The notes under the pieces are model-generated. The model did not search any database, was not told the DNA's origin, and worked only from the letters and a program-made list of their open reading frames with translations. Source: Alphaproteobacteria bacterium (GTDB lineage Bacteria > Pseudomonadota > Alphaproteobacteria > SHVV01). From it: a stretch of DNA of 64,000 bases. The position numbers and the translations under genes were made by a program. Of the stretch, positions 1 to 9,585 are shown one piece after another. Positions within the stretch are counted from its first letter, which is position 1; each line of letters starts with the position of its first letter. The DNA is taken from assembly GCA_965261735.1 (NCBI GenBank), contig OZ253470.1, positions 3,040,001 to 3,104,000 of the forward strand, written 5' to 3'.

Positions 1-1285
1 ACTCCTCGGCCCCCCCGATGGCGCCGCGCGCGCGGGCAAAGAAAAGGACAAGGCAAGCGAGCGTCACGAGCTGACAGGTGAACGCCTTGGTCGAGGCGAC
101 GCCGAACTCGGGTCCGGCGTTGGTGTGCAGCACCAAATCCGCCTCACGGGACATCGTGCTTTCGGCGACATTGACGATGGCCGCGATCGACTGGCCCTGC
201 TCGCGGGCAAACCGGAGCGCCGCCAGCGTATCGGCGGTCTCACCCGACTGCGATACGAAGAGCGCCACCCCGCCCGGCGACAGCGGCATCGAGCGGTAGC
301 GGAACTCGGAGGCCACGTCGATCTCGACCGGCAGCCCAGCTACCTGCTCGAACCAGTACTTGGCGACCGCCGCCGCATAGTAGGAGGTGCCGCAGGCGAC
401 GATCGTCATCCTCGGTACCTGCGCCGCGTCGAACGCCATTTCGGGCAGCCTGATCGAGCGTCCGGTGGGATCGAAATAGGCCTTAAGCGTCTCGCCCATC
501 ACCGTCGGCTGCTCGTGAATCTCCTTCTTCATGTAGTGGCGGTGGTTGCCCTTGCCGACCAGGGCACCACCGGCCGCGGTGGTCGCGATATCGCGGTCGA
601 CGATCATGCCGCTCGAGTCGTGGATAGCGGCGCCGGAGCGGTGGAGGACCACCCAGTCGCCCTCCTCGAGATAGGTGATCCTGTCGGTGAGGACCGCAAG
701 CGCCAGCGCGTCCGATCCGAGATACATCTCGCCCTCGCCCCAGCCGACGACGAGCGGGCTGCCCCGGCGAGCGCCTATCATGAGGTCGGGCTCGCCGGCG
801 AAGATGACGCCGAGCGCGAAGGCGCCCTCGAGGCGCGACAGCGTCGCCTTTGTCGCTTCCGGCGGCGCCAGACCCTCATCGAGGTAACGGGTGATGAGCT
901 GGACGATCGCTTCGGAGTCGGTATCCGAGGCGAACTCATAACCGAGCCCGATGAGCTCATCGCGCAGGTCGCGGAAATTTTCGATGATGCCGTTGTGGAC
1001 GATGGCGGCGCGCCGCGTGCTGTGAGGATGGGCATTGATCTCGTTGGGTACGCCGTGGGTCGCCCAGCGCGTGTGGCCGATGCCGACGCGGCCGGCGATC
1101 GGCGCCTCCGCCAGCGTCTCCTCGAGGTTGGCGAGCTTGCCCTCGGCGCGGCGGCGCTCGATCCCGCCATTGACCAGCGTCGCGACCCCGGCCGAGTCGT
1201 AGCCGCGGTATTCGAGCCTCTTCAAGCTCTGGAGAAGGAGGGGGCTGACCTCGCCGGTACCGAGCACGCCGATGATGCCGCACAT
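1..1285 (-). CDS. glmS: Glutamine-fructose-6-phosphate aminotransferase, 3' end runs off the window
   Basis: Minus strand starts ATG TGC GGC ATC ATC (MCGII) at 1285, with LEYRGYDSAG, GHTRWATHG and HNGIIEN motifs; directly downstream of glmU. Confidence 0.95.
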   Translation of the reverse strand, partial: MCGIIGVLGTGEVSPLLLQSLKRLEYRGYDSAGVATLVNGGIERRRAEGKLANLEETLAEAPIAGRVGIGHTRWATHGVPNEINAHPHSTRRAAIVHNGIIENFRDLRDELIGLGYEFASDTDSEAIVQLITRYLDEGLAPPEATKATLSRLEGAFALGVIFAGEPDLMIGARRGSPLVVGWGEGEMYLGSDALALAVLTDRITYLEEGDWVVLHRSGAAIHDSSGMIVDRDIATTAAGGALVGKGNHRHYMKKEIHEQPTVMGETLKAYFDPTGRSIRLPEMAFDAAQVPRMTIVACGTSYYAAAVAKYWFEQVAGLPVEIDVASEFRYRSMPLSPGGVALFVSQSGETADTLAALRFAREQGQSIAAIVNVAESTMSREADLVLHTNAGPEFGVASTKAFTCQLVTLACLVLFFARARGAIGGAEE

Positions 1286-1288
1286 GGA

Positions 1289-2677
1289 CTAGCCGCGCCT
1301 CGCACCCTTCGCTTGCGCCGGCGGCGACGGCGCGTCCGTACTCGCGGCCGCCTTGCGTCGGCGCACGCGCTCGGCGAACCCGGCGATCTCTTCCTGCGGC
1401 GCCCGCGTGATACCGAGCGCGCCTGCATCGACGTCGCGGGTGATCACGCTACCCGCACCGACCACGGCGCCATCGCCGATCGAGACCGGCGCCACGAGCG
1501 AGGCGTTGGATCCGATGAAAGCGCCGGCACCGATGTCGGTGTGGGACTTGGTATAGCCGTCGTAGTTGCAGGTGATCGTGCCCGCGCCCACGTTGGCCGC
1601 CGCACCGACGCGGGCGTCGCCAATATAGGTGAGGTGGTTGACCTTGGCGCCCTGCTCGATGCGCGATTTCTTGACCTCGACGAAGTTGCCGATATGCGCG
1701 CCAGCGCCGATCTCGGCGCCCGGCCGAAGGCGGGCGAACGGTCCGACCGTGGCCCCCTCGGCGATCACCGTCCCCTCGATGTGCGAGAAGGCGCGCACCG
1801 TGACGCCGTCGCCGACGACGACGCCGGCGCCGAACACGACATGGGGCTCGATCGTCACGTCGCGGCCGAGGCGGGTGTCGTGGCTCAGGGTGACGGACGC
1901 GGGATCGATCAGCGTGGCCCCGCCCGCCATGACGGCATCGCGCAGCGCGCCCTGCATCTGCGCCTCGGCCTCCGCGAGCTCGCCGCGCGAGTTGATGCCG
2001 CGCAGCTCCGCCACCGCCGCCTCCACGACGGCGCAGCCATGACCGCGCACACGCGCGTATGCGACGATGTCGGTCAGGTAGTACTCACCCTGCGAGTTAT
2101 CGGCGTCGATGGCGTCGAGCAACTCGAACAGGACCTCGCTATCGACAATCATCACGCCGGAATTGCACAGGCCGATGGCGAGCTCCTCGGCAGTGGCATC
2201 GCGCGCCTCGACGATGGCGTCGAGTCCGCCATCGTCGCCCAGGACGAGGCGGCCGTAATGCCCGGGATCGGCGGGGCGCATGCCGAGCACGGCGATCTTG
2301 GTCGCCGGCCCCGAGCCGCGCGCCTCGATGAGCCGGGTCAGCGTGGATGCGCTAACAAAGGGCGTGTCCGCGTAGAGGATGAGGACGTCGCCGGTGAAGC
2401 CTTCGAGCGCGGCGCGCGCGCATTTGACTGCATCCGCGGTGCCCTGGGGCGGGTCCTGCACCACGCTTATCGCGGGTGCCACCTCGTCGGTGAGCGCCGC
2501 CATGCCCTCGCCCAGGATCACCACTTCGCGCTCGGCCTCGAGGCTGCGTGCCGTATCCAACAGGTAGGCGACCATGGGCCGGCCGGCCAGGGGGTGCATC
2601 ACCTTGGGCCGCGCGGACTTCATGCGGGTGCCCTTGCCCGCGGCGAGGACCACGACTGCTAGGGCGCGGCGCGACAT
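1289..2677 (-). CDS. glmU: Bifunctional UDP-GlcNAc pyrophosphorylase / glucosamine-1-P acetyltransferase
   Basis: LAAGKGTRMKS, EYYLTD, GNFVEVK, HLTYIGD and GAGTITCNYDG motifs; start set at MSRRAL. Confidence 0.96.
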   Translation of the reverse strand: MSRRALAVVVLAAGKGTRMKSARPKVMHPLAGRPMVAYLLDTARSLEAEREVVILGEGMAALTDEVAPAISVVQDPPQGTADAVKCARAALEGFTGDVLILYADTPFVSASTLTRLIEARGSGPATKIAVLGMRPADPGHYGRLVLGDDGGLDAIVEARDATAEELAIGLCNSGVMIVDSEVLFELLDAIDADNSQGEYYLTDIVAYARVRGHGCAVVEAAVAELRGINSRGELAEAEAQMQGALRDAVMAGGATLIDPASVTLSHDTRLGRDVTIEPHVVFGAGVVVGDGVTVRAFSHIEGTVIAEGATVGPFARLRPGAEIGAGAHIGNFVEVKKSRIEQGAKVNHLTYIGDARVGAAANVGAGTITCNYDGYTKSHTDIGAGAFIGSNASLVAPVSIGDGAVVGAGSVITRDVDAGALGITRAPQEEIAGFAERVRRRKAAASTDAPSPPAQAKGARRG

Positions 2678-2825
2678 TACGAATCCCGCGTGGTCATGTT
2701 TGCACTCGCGGCTACAGGAAAGCGGCACGGCGGCGTGGCGACATTGCCACAAAGGCCGTAGGCTCGCCAAGTTTTACGGATTGCCGCGGACCCGTACAGC
2801 GGCAGACGTCACACTCGGGAGACTC

Positions 2826-3497
2826 ATGGGTTCCGCCCGCCGCGCGGTGGTCCTTGACCTAGACGGCACCCTCGTCGATACCGCGCCCGATCTGCTGGCG
2901 GCGCTGGACCACGTCCTCACCGAGGCCACGCACGCCGAGATCGACTCCCTCGATCTGCGCCGTTTCGTAGGCGACGGGGCGCGGGCGCTCGTCGAGCGCG
3001 GGTGCGAGGCGCTCGGGCTCGCGCTCTCGCCCGCCGGCCGCGAGGCCCGCCTCGCCGCTTTCCTCGCCTACTATGCCGACAACCTGTCGCACGCGAGCCG
3101 TCCCTTCGCCGGCGTCGCCCACACGCTCGCCGGACTCGCCGCCGACGGCGCCCGCCTCGGCGTGTGTACGAACAAGCCGGAAGGCATGAGCCGCCGGCTG
3201 CTCGGCGAGCTCGGCCTCGGGCGTCACTTCGCCGCGATAATCGGCGGCGACAGCCTGCCGGTGCGCAAGCCCGACCCTAGGCACGTCCTCGAGACCATCG
3301 CGAGGATCGGCGCGAGCGCGAGCGAGGCCGTGATGGTCGGCGACAGCATGAACGACGTCGCCGCGGCACACGCGGCCGGGGTGCCGGTGATCGTCGTCGC
3401 CTACGGCTATGGCGCGACGCCCTCGACCCGCGCGGCGGCGGATACGGTCATCGCCTCGTTCGCCGAGCTGCCGGCGGCGCTCGCGGGCCTGCCTTGA
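2826..3497 (+). CDS. gph: Phosphoglycolate phosphatase (HAD family)
   Basis: DLDGTLVDT, CTNKP, KPDP and MVGDS motifs; divergent from glmU. Confidence 0.85.
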   Translation: MGSARRAVVLDLDGTLVDTAPDLLAALDHVLTEATHAEIDSLDLRRFVGDGARALVERGCEALGLALSPAGREARLAAFLAYYADNLSHASRPFAGVAHTLAGLAADGARLGVCTNKPEGMSRRLLGELGLGRHFAAIIGGDSLPVRKPDPRHVLETIARIGASASEAVMVGDSMNDVAAAHAAGVPVIVVAYGYGATPSTRAAADTVIASFAELPAALAGLP

Positions 3498-3522
3498 CAG
3501 AGATTGCCGCTGCCCCATAAAT
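3494..3522 (+). promoter_or_regulatory. Putative sigma70 promoter of tRNA-Val
   Basis: TTGACA at 3494-3499 (contains the gph stop) and CATAAAT 16-17 bp downstream. Confidence 0.5.
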
Positions 3523-3539
3523 GGGCGCCACGCGTCCAG

Positions 3540-3615
3540 GGGCGATTAGCTCAGCTGGTAGAGCACCGTGTTCACATCGCGGGGGTCGCTGGTTCGAGTC
3601 CAGCATCGCCCACCA
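3540..3615 (+). tRNA. tRNA-Val(CAC)
   Basis: GGGCGAT/ATCGCCC acceptor stem, AGCTCAGCTGGTAGAGC D arm, CCGTG-TTCACAT-CGCGG anticodon arm, GGTTCGAGTCC T arm, encoded CCA. Confidence 0.95.
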
Positions 3616-3774
3616 CGCCCAACGTCTAGAAAACGACGCGTTTACAATGGGCTACCAAGTAGACGGTCCGACCTTGGCACCGCTTGGGTAACACATGGGC
3701 AACGGACTGACGTGGTTACGAGGGATTTGAGCCTGCGACGGGCACTAAATCCGCCGCTGACCTGAGGGAGCCCG

Positions 3775-5562
3775 GTGGAACTCGATCCCGTCACCATCTC
3801 GGTGCTGGCCAACCGGTTCGACGCCATCGTGCGCGAGATGTCGAACACGCTGCTGCGCTCGGCGCGCTCGGGCGTGATCGCCGGCGCGCGCGACTTCTCG
3901 TGCACCATCGTGACCGCCGACAACCGGCTGCTCACGGCCGACCAGGGCATTCCCGTGCACATCTTCGGCTCGCACCTGCAGACGGCCGCGATGTGCGAGC
4001 TCCACGACGACCTCGCCGAGGGCGACGCCTTTCTCCACAACGATCCCTATTTGGGCAATACCCACGCCGCCGATCACACCATCCTGATACCGGTGTTCGT
4101 CGACGGCGTGCACCTCTTCACGACCTGCGCCAAGTCGCATCAGGCCGACACCGGCAATGCCGTGCCGACCACGTACGATGCGTGGGCCAAGGACGTCTAC
4201 GCCGAGGGTGCGCTCATCTTCCCGTGCGTGCGCGTGCAGCGCGACTACGTGACGAACGAGGACATCGTGCGCATGTGCCGCGCCCGCATCCGGGTGCCCG
4301 ACCAATGGTACGGCGACTTTCTCGCCACCGTCGGCGCCGGCCGCACCGGCGAGCGGCGCCTCAAGGACCTGTGCGCCAAGTACGGCAGCGAAACGATCAC
4401 CGCCTTCATCGAGACCTGGTTCGACTACTCCGAGCGCCGCATCGCGCAGGCCATCAAGAAGCTGCCCAAGGCGAGCACGGTCGCCGAGGGCGCGCACGAT
4501 CCGTTCGAGCCGATTCTGCCCGACGGCATCCCGGTCCGGGTCAAGCTCAAGATCGACCCCGACGAGGGTATGATCGAGGTCGACCTGAGGGACAACCCCG
4601 ACAACTACGACTGCGGCCTCAACCAGTCCGAGGCCTGCGCCATCAACAACGTGGTCACCGGCGTCTTCAACTGCGTCGATTCCGACATTCCGCACAACGC
4701 GGGCTCGTTCCGGCGCATCCGGGTACTGTTGCGCGAAGGCTGCGTCGTCGGCAGGCCGGCGTTCCCGCACAGCTGCTCGGTGGCGACGAGCAACATCGCC
4801 GACCGGCTCATCGGCCTCACCCATTCCGCCGTCGCCGAGCTCGGCGACGGCTTCGGCCTCGCGCAAGGAGGCTCGTGCATGAGCGCTGTCATTTCTGGGC
4901 CGGACTTCCGGCGCGGCGGCGCGCCCTTCATCAACCAGCTCAGTGTCAACGTGAACGGCGGGCCGGCGGGGCCGCTCACCGACGGGTGGGTCACGTTCGG
5001 CATGCCGCCCGGGGGCGGGCTCGTCTACCGCGACAGCCTCGAGCTCGACGAGGTCAAGCACCCGATCCTGTTCGAGTGCCAGCGCCTCCATCCGTGCACC
5101 GGCGGCGCCGGTCGCCGGCGCGGCGCGCTCGGCGGCGAGGTCATTTATGGATCGCGCAAGGACCCCCTGACGCTGGTCATTCCGTCGGACGGCCATCACA
5201 ACCCGGCGCAGGGCGCACAGGGCGGGCGCGCCGGTTCGCCCGCCTCGCACTACAGGATCAGCGCCAACGGCGAGGAGGAGAAGCTCCCCAACGTGGTGCA
5301 GCTCGTGCTCAACCCGGGCGAGAAAATGCGCTTCATCAATTCCGGGGGCGGCGGCTACGGCAATCCGTTGGAGCGCGAGCCCGAGCGGGTGCTCAAGGAC
5401 GTACGCCGCGGCTGGGAAACGATGGCCACCGCCCGCAAGGTCTACGGCGTCATCCTGACGGGCGGCGCCGAGGACGAAACCCTCGCCATCGACGAAGCCG
5501 CCACCGCGACCCAGCGCGCCACCCTGGGCGCCGCAGCCATTAGGTCACCGATGTTGAGTTAG
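3775..5562 (+). CDS. Hydantoinase B / oxoprolinase family protein
   Basis: DFSCTI, NDPYLGNTHAAD, SHQADTG, GGAGRRRGALG and GGGGYGNP motifs. Confidence 0.9.
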   Translation: MELDPVTISVLANRFDAIVREMSNTLLRSARSGVIAGARDFSCTIVTADNRLLTADQGIPVHIFGSHLQTAAMCELHDDLAEGDAFLHNDPYLGNTHAADHTILIPVFVDGVHLFTTCAKSHQADTGNAVPTTYDAWAKDVYAEGALIFPCVRVQRDYVTNEDIVRMCRARIRVPDQWYGDFLATVGAGRTGERRLKDLCAKYGSETITAFIETWFDYSERRIAQAIKKLPKASTVAEGAHDPFEPILPDGIPVRVKLKIDPDEGMIEVDLRDNPDNYDCGLNQSEACAINNVVTGVFNCVDSDIPHNAGSFRRIRVLLREGCVVGRPAFPHSCSVATSNIADRLIGLTHSAVAELGDGFGLAQGGSCMSAVISGPDFRRGGAPFINQLSVNVNGGPAGPLTDGWVTFGMPPGGGLVYRDSLELDEVKHPILFECQRLHPCTGGAGRRRGALGGEVIYGSRKDPLTLVIPSDGHHNPAQGAQGGRAGSPASHYRISANGEEEKLPNVVQLVLNPGEKMRFINSGGGGYGNPLEREPERVLKDVRRGWETMATARKVYGVILTGGAEDETLAIDEAATATQRATLGAAAIRSPMLS

Positions 5563-6078
5563 CGCCCGATAGCCATCGTCCCGCGGCGGGCCCATCCCCC
5601 ATTTGAACCAACAGCACCACCGGTGCCCCCGCTCCAGCATTCGAAATAGCGCTAGATAACCGCTGGCTATGTAGCACGTCATCCCCTCCGTGTTGGCCTC
5701 GGCGAATTTGATCCCGCGTACGATACCGATTCGGTAGGGGCGAATGCTCTCCCAACTCTCGATGGGGAAGTCAATCCCGGCCGAGAACACACTCGCCTCC
5801 AGGAAGTTGATGGCGGGCCGTACCTGGACAAGGTTGTCATAGACTTGCTTGACCGCGTCGATGCGCTGCAGCTCGCCATCGAGTGCGCCACCGTTCGACA
5901 TTTGAATGGCCCGTTCCGCGGGGTACATTCTGATGATGAGCCGTATTCCAAGCCGGCTGTAGGCCTTTTCCAGAATTACCCGGCTCGCGTCCGCGTCGGC
6001 CGAGCCATCGACGCCGGCGATGGTAATCACGTCTGCCGGCCACGCAGGAGCCGCCCCCAGGAGTGCGAGAGCGGCCAT
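5545..6078 (-). pseudogene. Truncated family-3 periplasmic substrate-binding protein
   Basis: Signal-like [14 protein letters not shown] and PAERAI..G.LDGE..RI / YRIGIVRG segments; similarity ends at LFRMLERG; abuts the broken IS256. Confidence 0.6.
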
Positions 6079-6097
6079 GATCGCGGCGACCCGCGGC

Positions 6098-7058
6098 CGG
6101 CATGGGCCAGCAGGTTGCGGGCGAAGTGCACGCGGCAGCGCTGCCATGTGGCGCCGAGGATCCGGGTCGCGGCGGCCTTCAGGCCCTTGTGGTCGTCGGA
6201 GATCACCAGCTTCACGCCGCGCAGCCCGCGCCGGGCCAGCGAGCGCAGGAACTCGGTCCAGAAGGTCTCGGCCTCCGACGCGCCGATCGCCACGCCCAGG
6301 ACCTCGCGGCGGCCTTGGTCGTTGACGGCCACAGCCACGGTCACCGCGACCGAGACGATGCGTCCGGTCTGGCGCACCTTCACGTAGGTGGCGTCGAGCC
6401 ACAGATAGGGCCAGTCGCCCTCCAGCGGTCGATCGAGGAAGCCGTTGACCTTATCGTCGATCTCGCCGCACAGCCTGGAGACCTGGCTCTTGGAGGCGCC
6501 CGACATCCCCATCGCCTGAACCAGATCGTCGACCGAGCGGGTCGACACCCCCTGGATGTAGGCCTCCTGGATCACCGCAGCCAGCGCCTTCTCGGCCATC
6601 CGCCGCGGCTCCAGGAAGCCCGGGAAGTAGCTTCCCTTCCTCAGCTTCGGGATCTTCAGCTCGACCGTGCCGGCCCGCGTCTCCCAGGACCGGTCGCGGT
6701 AGCCGTTGCGATGGGTGATACGATCCGCCGAGCGCTCGCCGTGCCCGGCGCCGGTCAGGCCCTCAACCTCCAGTGCCATCAGCCGCTCGGCCGTGAAGCC
6801 GATCATCTCGCAAAGCAGATCGGCATCGGAGCTCTTCTCCAAAAGCGCGCGCAGGGTCATCATGTCCTGGGTCATCGTGGTTCTCCTTCGGGTCAGGTTG
6901 GTTTGCACTAGCCCAACCCTAAACCGGAACCGCGATGGCCTCCGCTGTGGATAGCCGGCTTGCCTACGCCAGACTCTCGGCGGTCGCTACGGCAAGCCGC
7001 CTACCCACAGCTACCAGAGGCTCCAACAACTCCTACACCACGTCCTGGGACACGACCC
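6098..7058 (-). mobile_element. IS256-family element, 3'-truncated (transposase ATG at 6875)
   Basis: [34 protein letters not shown] and WQRCRVHF motifs; ORF diverges after NLLAHAGR; terminal sequence GGGTCGTGTCCCAGG on the minus strand near 7058; left boundary approximate. Confidence 0.85.
6942..7012 (+). repeat. 71-bp structured element, copy 1 (IS256 non-coding end)
   Basis: 59/71 ungapped identity to 58552-58622; long imperfect inverted repeat. Confidence 0.8.
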
Positions 7059-7131
7059 GTGCGCGAGTTGCATGACCTTGTAGCAGTTCAAGAGGCCGCC
7101 TTCATCTCAGCTGCCTGGGAGTACAATGAGG

Positions 7132-8237
7132 CTTGCCTATCCGGTTAACGCCCATGACCGCTACATGTAGGGTGCCGCCACTCTCCCGAGTAAAGCTCGG
7201 CATAGGTTGGAGCAGAGGTGTCGCCCGCGATGCCGAGCAATGAGCGGAAGGCGTTGAACGGGTAGAACCGCCTGTTGAAGCGGAAGGTGAACTCGTTGAG
7301 GTAGGCTTGTAGGTGCTGGTGGCTAACGCCGTGGTGAGATACCGATCAGCCACGTCTTCAGGTTGGCGAAAACCAGATGGATGATCGGCAGGTATTGCTC
7401 GGCAACCTCTGGATCACCACACTCGGCAACAGCGAAGTGCTCATAGCCGCGCTTACCGAGGCCAGCATAGCCGCTCCAATCGTCAGTAACGGTCAGCGAT
7501 CGCGGCGCGACGGTGCTCTCGACGAACCCACAGAGCGACTCGGCGCTACGGTCGAGCACGACGGCGAGCCGAACGCGTCCGGCATAGCGTCCGTCTTTCC
7601 GGTTGTCGAGCTTGGTGCCCGGCTTTCGATGACGCACCTCGATGGCACAGGAGACGGGAACCTTGTGGTGAACACCACGGCCTTCCCCACGCGTTCGCCC
7701 GCCAACCCAGGTTTCGTCCACCTCAACATGGTTCTTGGGCTGTCCACCGATCCTGTCTTGGTTGGGCCGCACCATGCCCGAGCGGAGCTTGTGGAGAATT
7801 TGAAAGGCCGTCTCGTAGCGCGAAAGACCAAGTTGCCGCTGAAACTGCACGGCGGACATGCCGGGCGTCTGACTGGCGACCAGATAAGCGGCCCAGAACC
7901 AGACGTTCAGCGGAGTGTGGCTACGCTCCATCACTGTTCCCACCGTCAGCCCGGTGTTCTGGCGGCACTTGCGGCAGCGCAGGACGCCAGGGCGGTTTTC
8001 AAAGTGGAACGGCTCTCCCGCCGTGCCGCAGTGCGGGCAGGCAAAGCCGTCTCCCCAGCGGGCTTTCTCCAGGTAGGCGGCGCAGGCCGCATCATCGGGG
8101 AAAAGTCGCTGGAACTCGGGTAGCGAATGCGGGAATGGGAGATCGGCGCGGTCGAGAACATCCATGGCGCGCTCCCCTATATCCGGGTTGCGCCCATTCT
8201 AGCCCTAGTGGGTGTGGGTGTAAACCGGATAGGCAAG
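7132..8237 (-). mobile_element. IS1595-family element A, copy 1; transposase 7145-8165 frameshifted
   Basis: IRs CTTGCCTATCCGGTT / AACCGGATAGGCAAG; 8-bp flanks CAATGAGG (7124-7131, 8238-8245); CPHCG zinc ribbon and VEVDETWVG; extra A at 7337. Confidence 0.93.
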
Positions 8238-8245
8238 CAATGAGG

Positions 8246-9351
8246 CTTGCCTATCCGGTTAACGCCCATGACCGCTACATGTAGGGTGCCGCCACTCTCC
8301 CGAGTAAAGCTCGGCATAGGTTGGAGCAGAGGTGTCGCCCGCGATGCCGAGCAATGAGCGGAAGGCGTTGAACGGGTAGAACCGCCTGTTGAAGCGGAAG
8401 GTGAACTCGTTGAGGTAGGCTTGTAGGTGCTGGTGGCTAACGCCGTGGGTGGATACCGATCAGCCACGTCTTCAGGTTGGCGAAAACCAGATGGATGATC
8501 GGCAGGTATTGCTCGGCAACCTCTGGATCACCACACTCGGCAACAGCGAAGTGCTCATAGCCGCGCTTACCGAGGCCAGCATAGCCGCTCCAATCGTCAG
8601 TAACGGTCAGCGATCGCGGCGCGACGGTGCTCTCGACGAACCCACAGAGCGACTCGGCGCTACGGTCGAGCACGACGGCGAGCCGAACGCGTCCGGCATA
8701 GCGTCCGTCTTTCCGGTTGTCGAGCTTGGTGCCCGGCTTTCGATGACGCACCTCGATGGCACAGGAGACGGGAACCTTGTGGTGAACACCACGGCCTTCC
8801 CCACGCGTTCGCCCGCCAACCCAGGTTTCGTCCACCTCAACATGGTTCTTGGGCTGTCCACCGATCCTGTCTTGGTTGGGCCGCACCATGCCCGAGCGGA
8901 GCTTGTGGAGAATTTGAAAGGCCGTCTCGTAGCGCGAAAGACCAAGTTGCCGCTGAAACTGCACGGCGGACATGCCGGGCGTCTGACTGGCGACCAGATA
9001 AGCGGCCCAGAACCAGACGTTCAGCGGAGTGTGGCTACGCTCCATCACTGTTCCCACCGTCAGCCCGGTGTTCTGGCGGCACTTGCGGCAGCGCAGGACG
9101 CCAGGGCGGTTTTCAAAGTGGAACGGCTCTCCCGCCGTGCCGCAGTGCGGGCAGGCAAAGCCGTCTCCCCAGCGGGCTTTCTCCAGGTAGGCGGCGCAGG
9201 CCGCATCATCGGGGAAAAGTCGCTGGAACTCGGGTAGCGAATGCGGGAATGGGAGATCGGCGCGGTCGAGAACATCCATGGCGCGCTCCCCTATATCCGG
9301 GTTGCGCCCATTCTAGCCCTAGTGGGTGTGGGTGTAAACCGGATAGGCAAG
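8246..9351 (-). mobile_element. IS1595-family element A, copy 2 (tandem); transposase 8259-9279 frameshifted
   Basis: Near-identical to copy 1; extra G in 8447-8449; right flank ATAAAACC does not match left flank. Confidence 0.92.
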
Positions 9352-9364
9352 ATAAAACCGCCCG

Positions 9365-9390
9365 TTAAGGACACGTTAACGCGACGTTTA
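9365..9390. promoter_or_regulatory. Tandem CtrA-binding boxes
   Basis: Perfect TTAA-GGACACG-TTAAC overlapping TTAA-CGCGACG-TTTA, upstream of a PleC/DivJ-type kinase. Confidence 0.7.
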
Positions 9391-9585
9391 CCGAACCCCG
9401 CTACTAGTATCCGGTGTCATACTTCAACCGTTCGTATCAGGCCGGCCGCGTGTTCAGCCCATTTCGCACGGCACGTCGAATCGATCGACTCGCGCTCCAG
9501 AACCGGAGCATGCGCGGGGAAGGGATGCGATCCCCCAAGACGCGCGTGGCAAAATGATTTGGCAGCTCAAGGAACTGCGGGTGGA

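Noticed and set aside
125-2662. 845-aa plus-strand ORF and similar long ORFs (e.g. 26127-28292, 33065-35155)
   Set aside because: Antisense shadows of real high-GC genes (glmS/glmU, FDH alpha, cheA) with no motifs of their own
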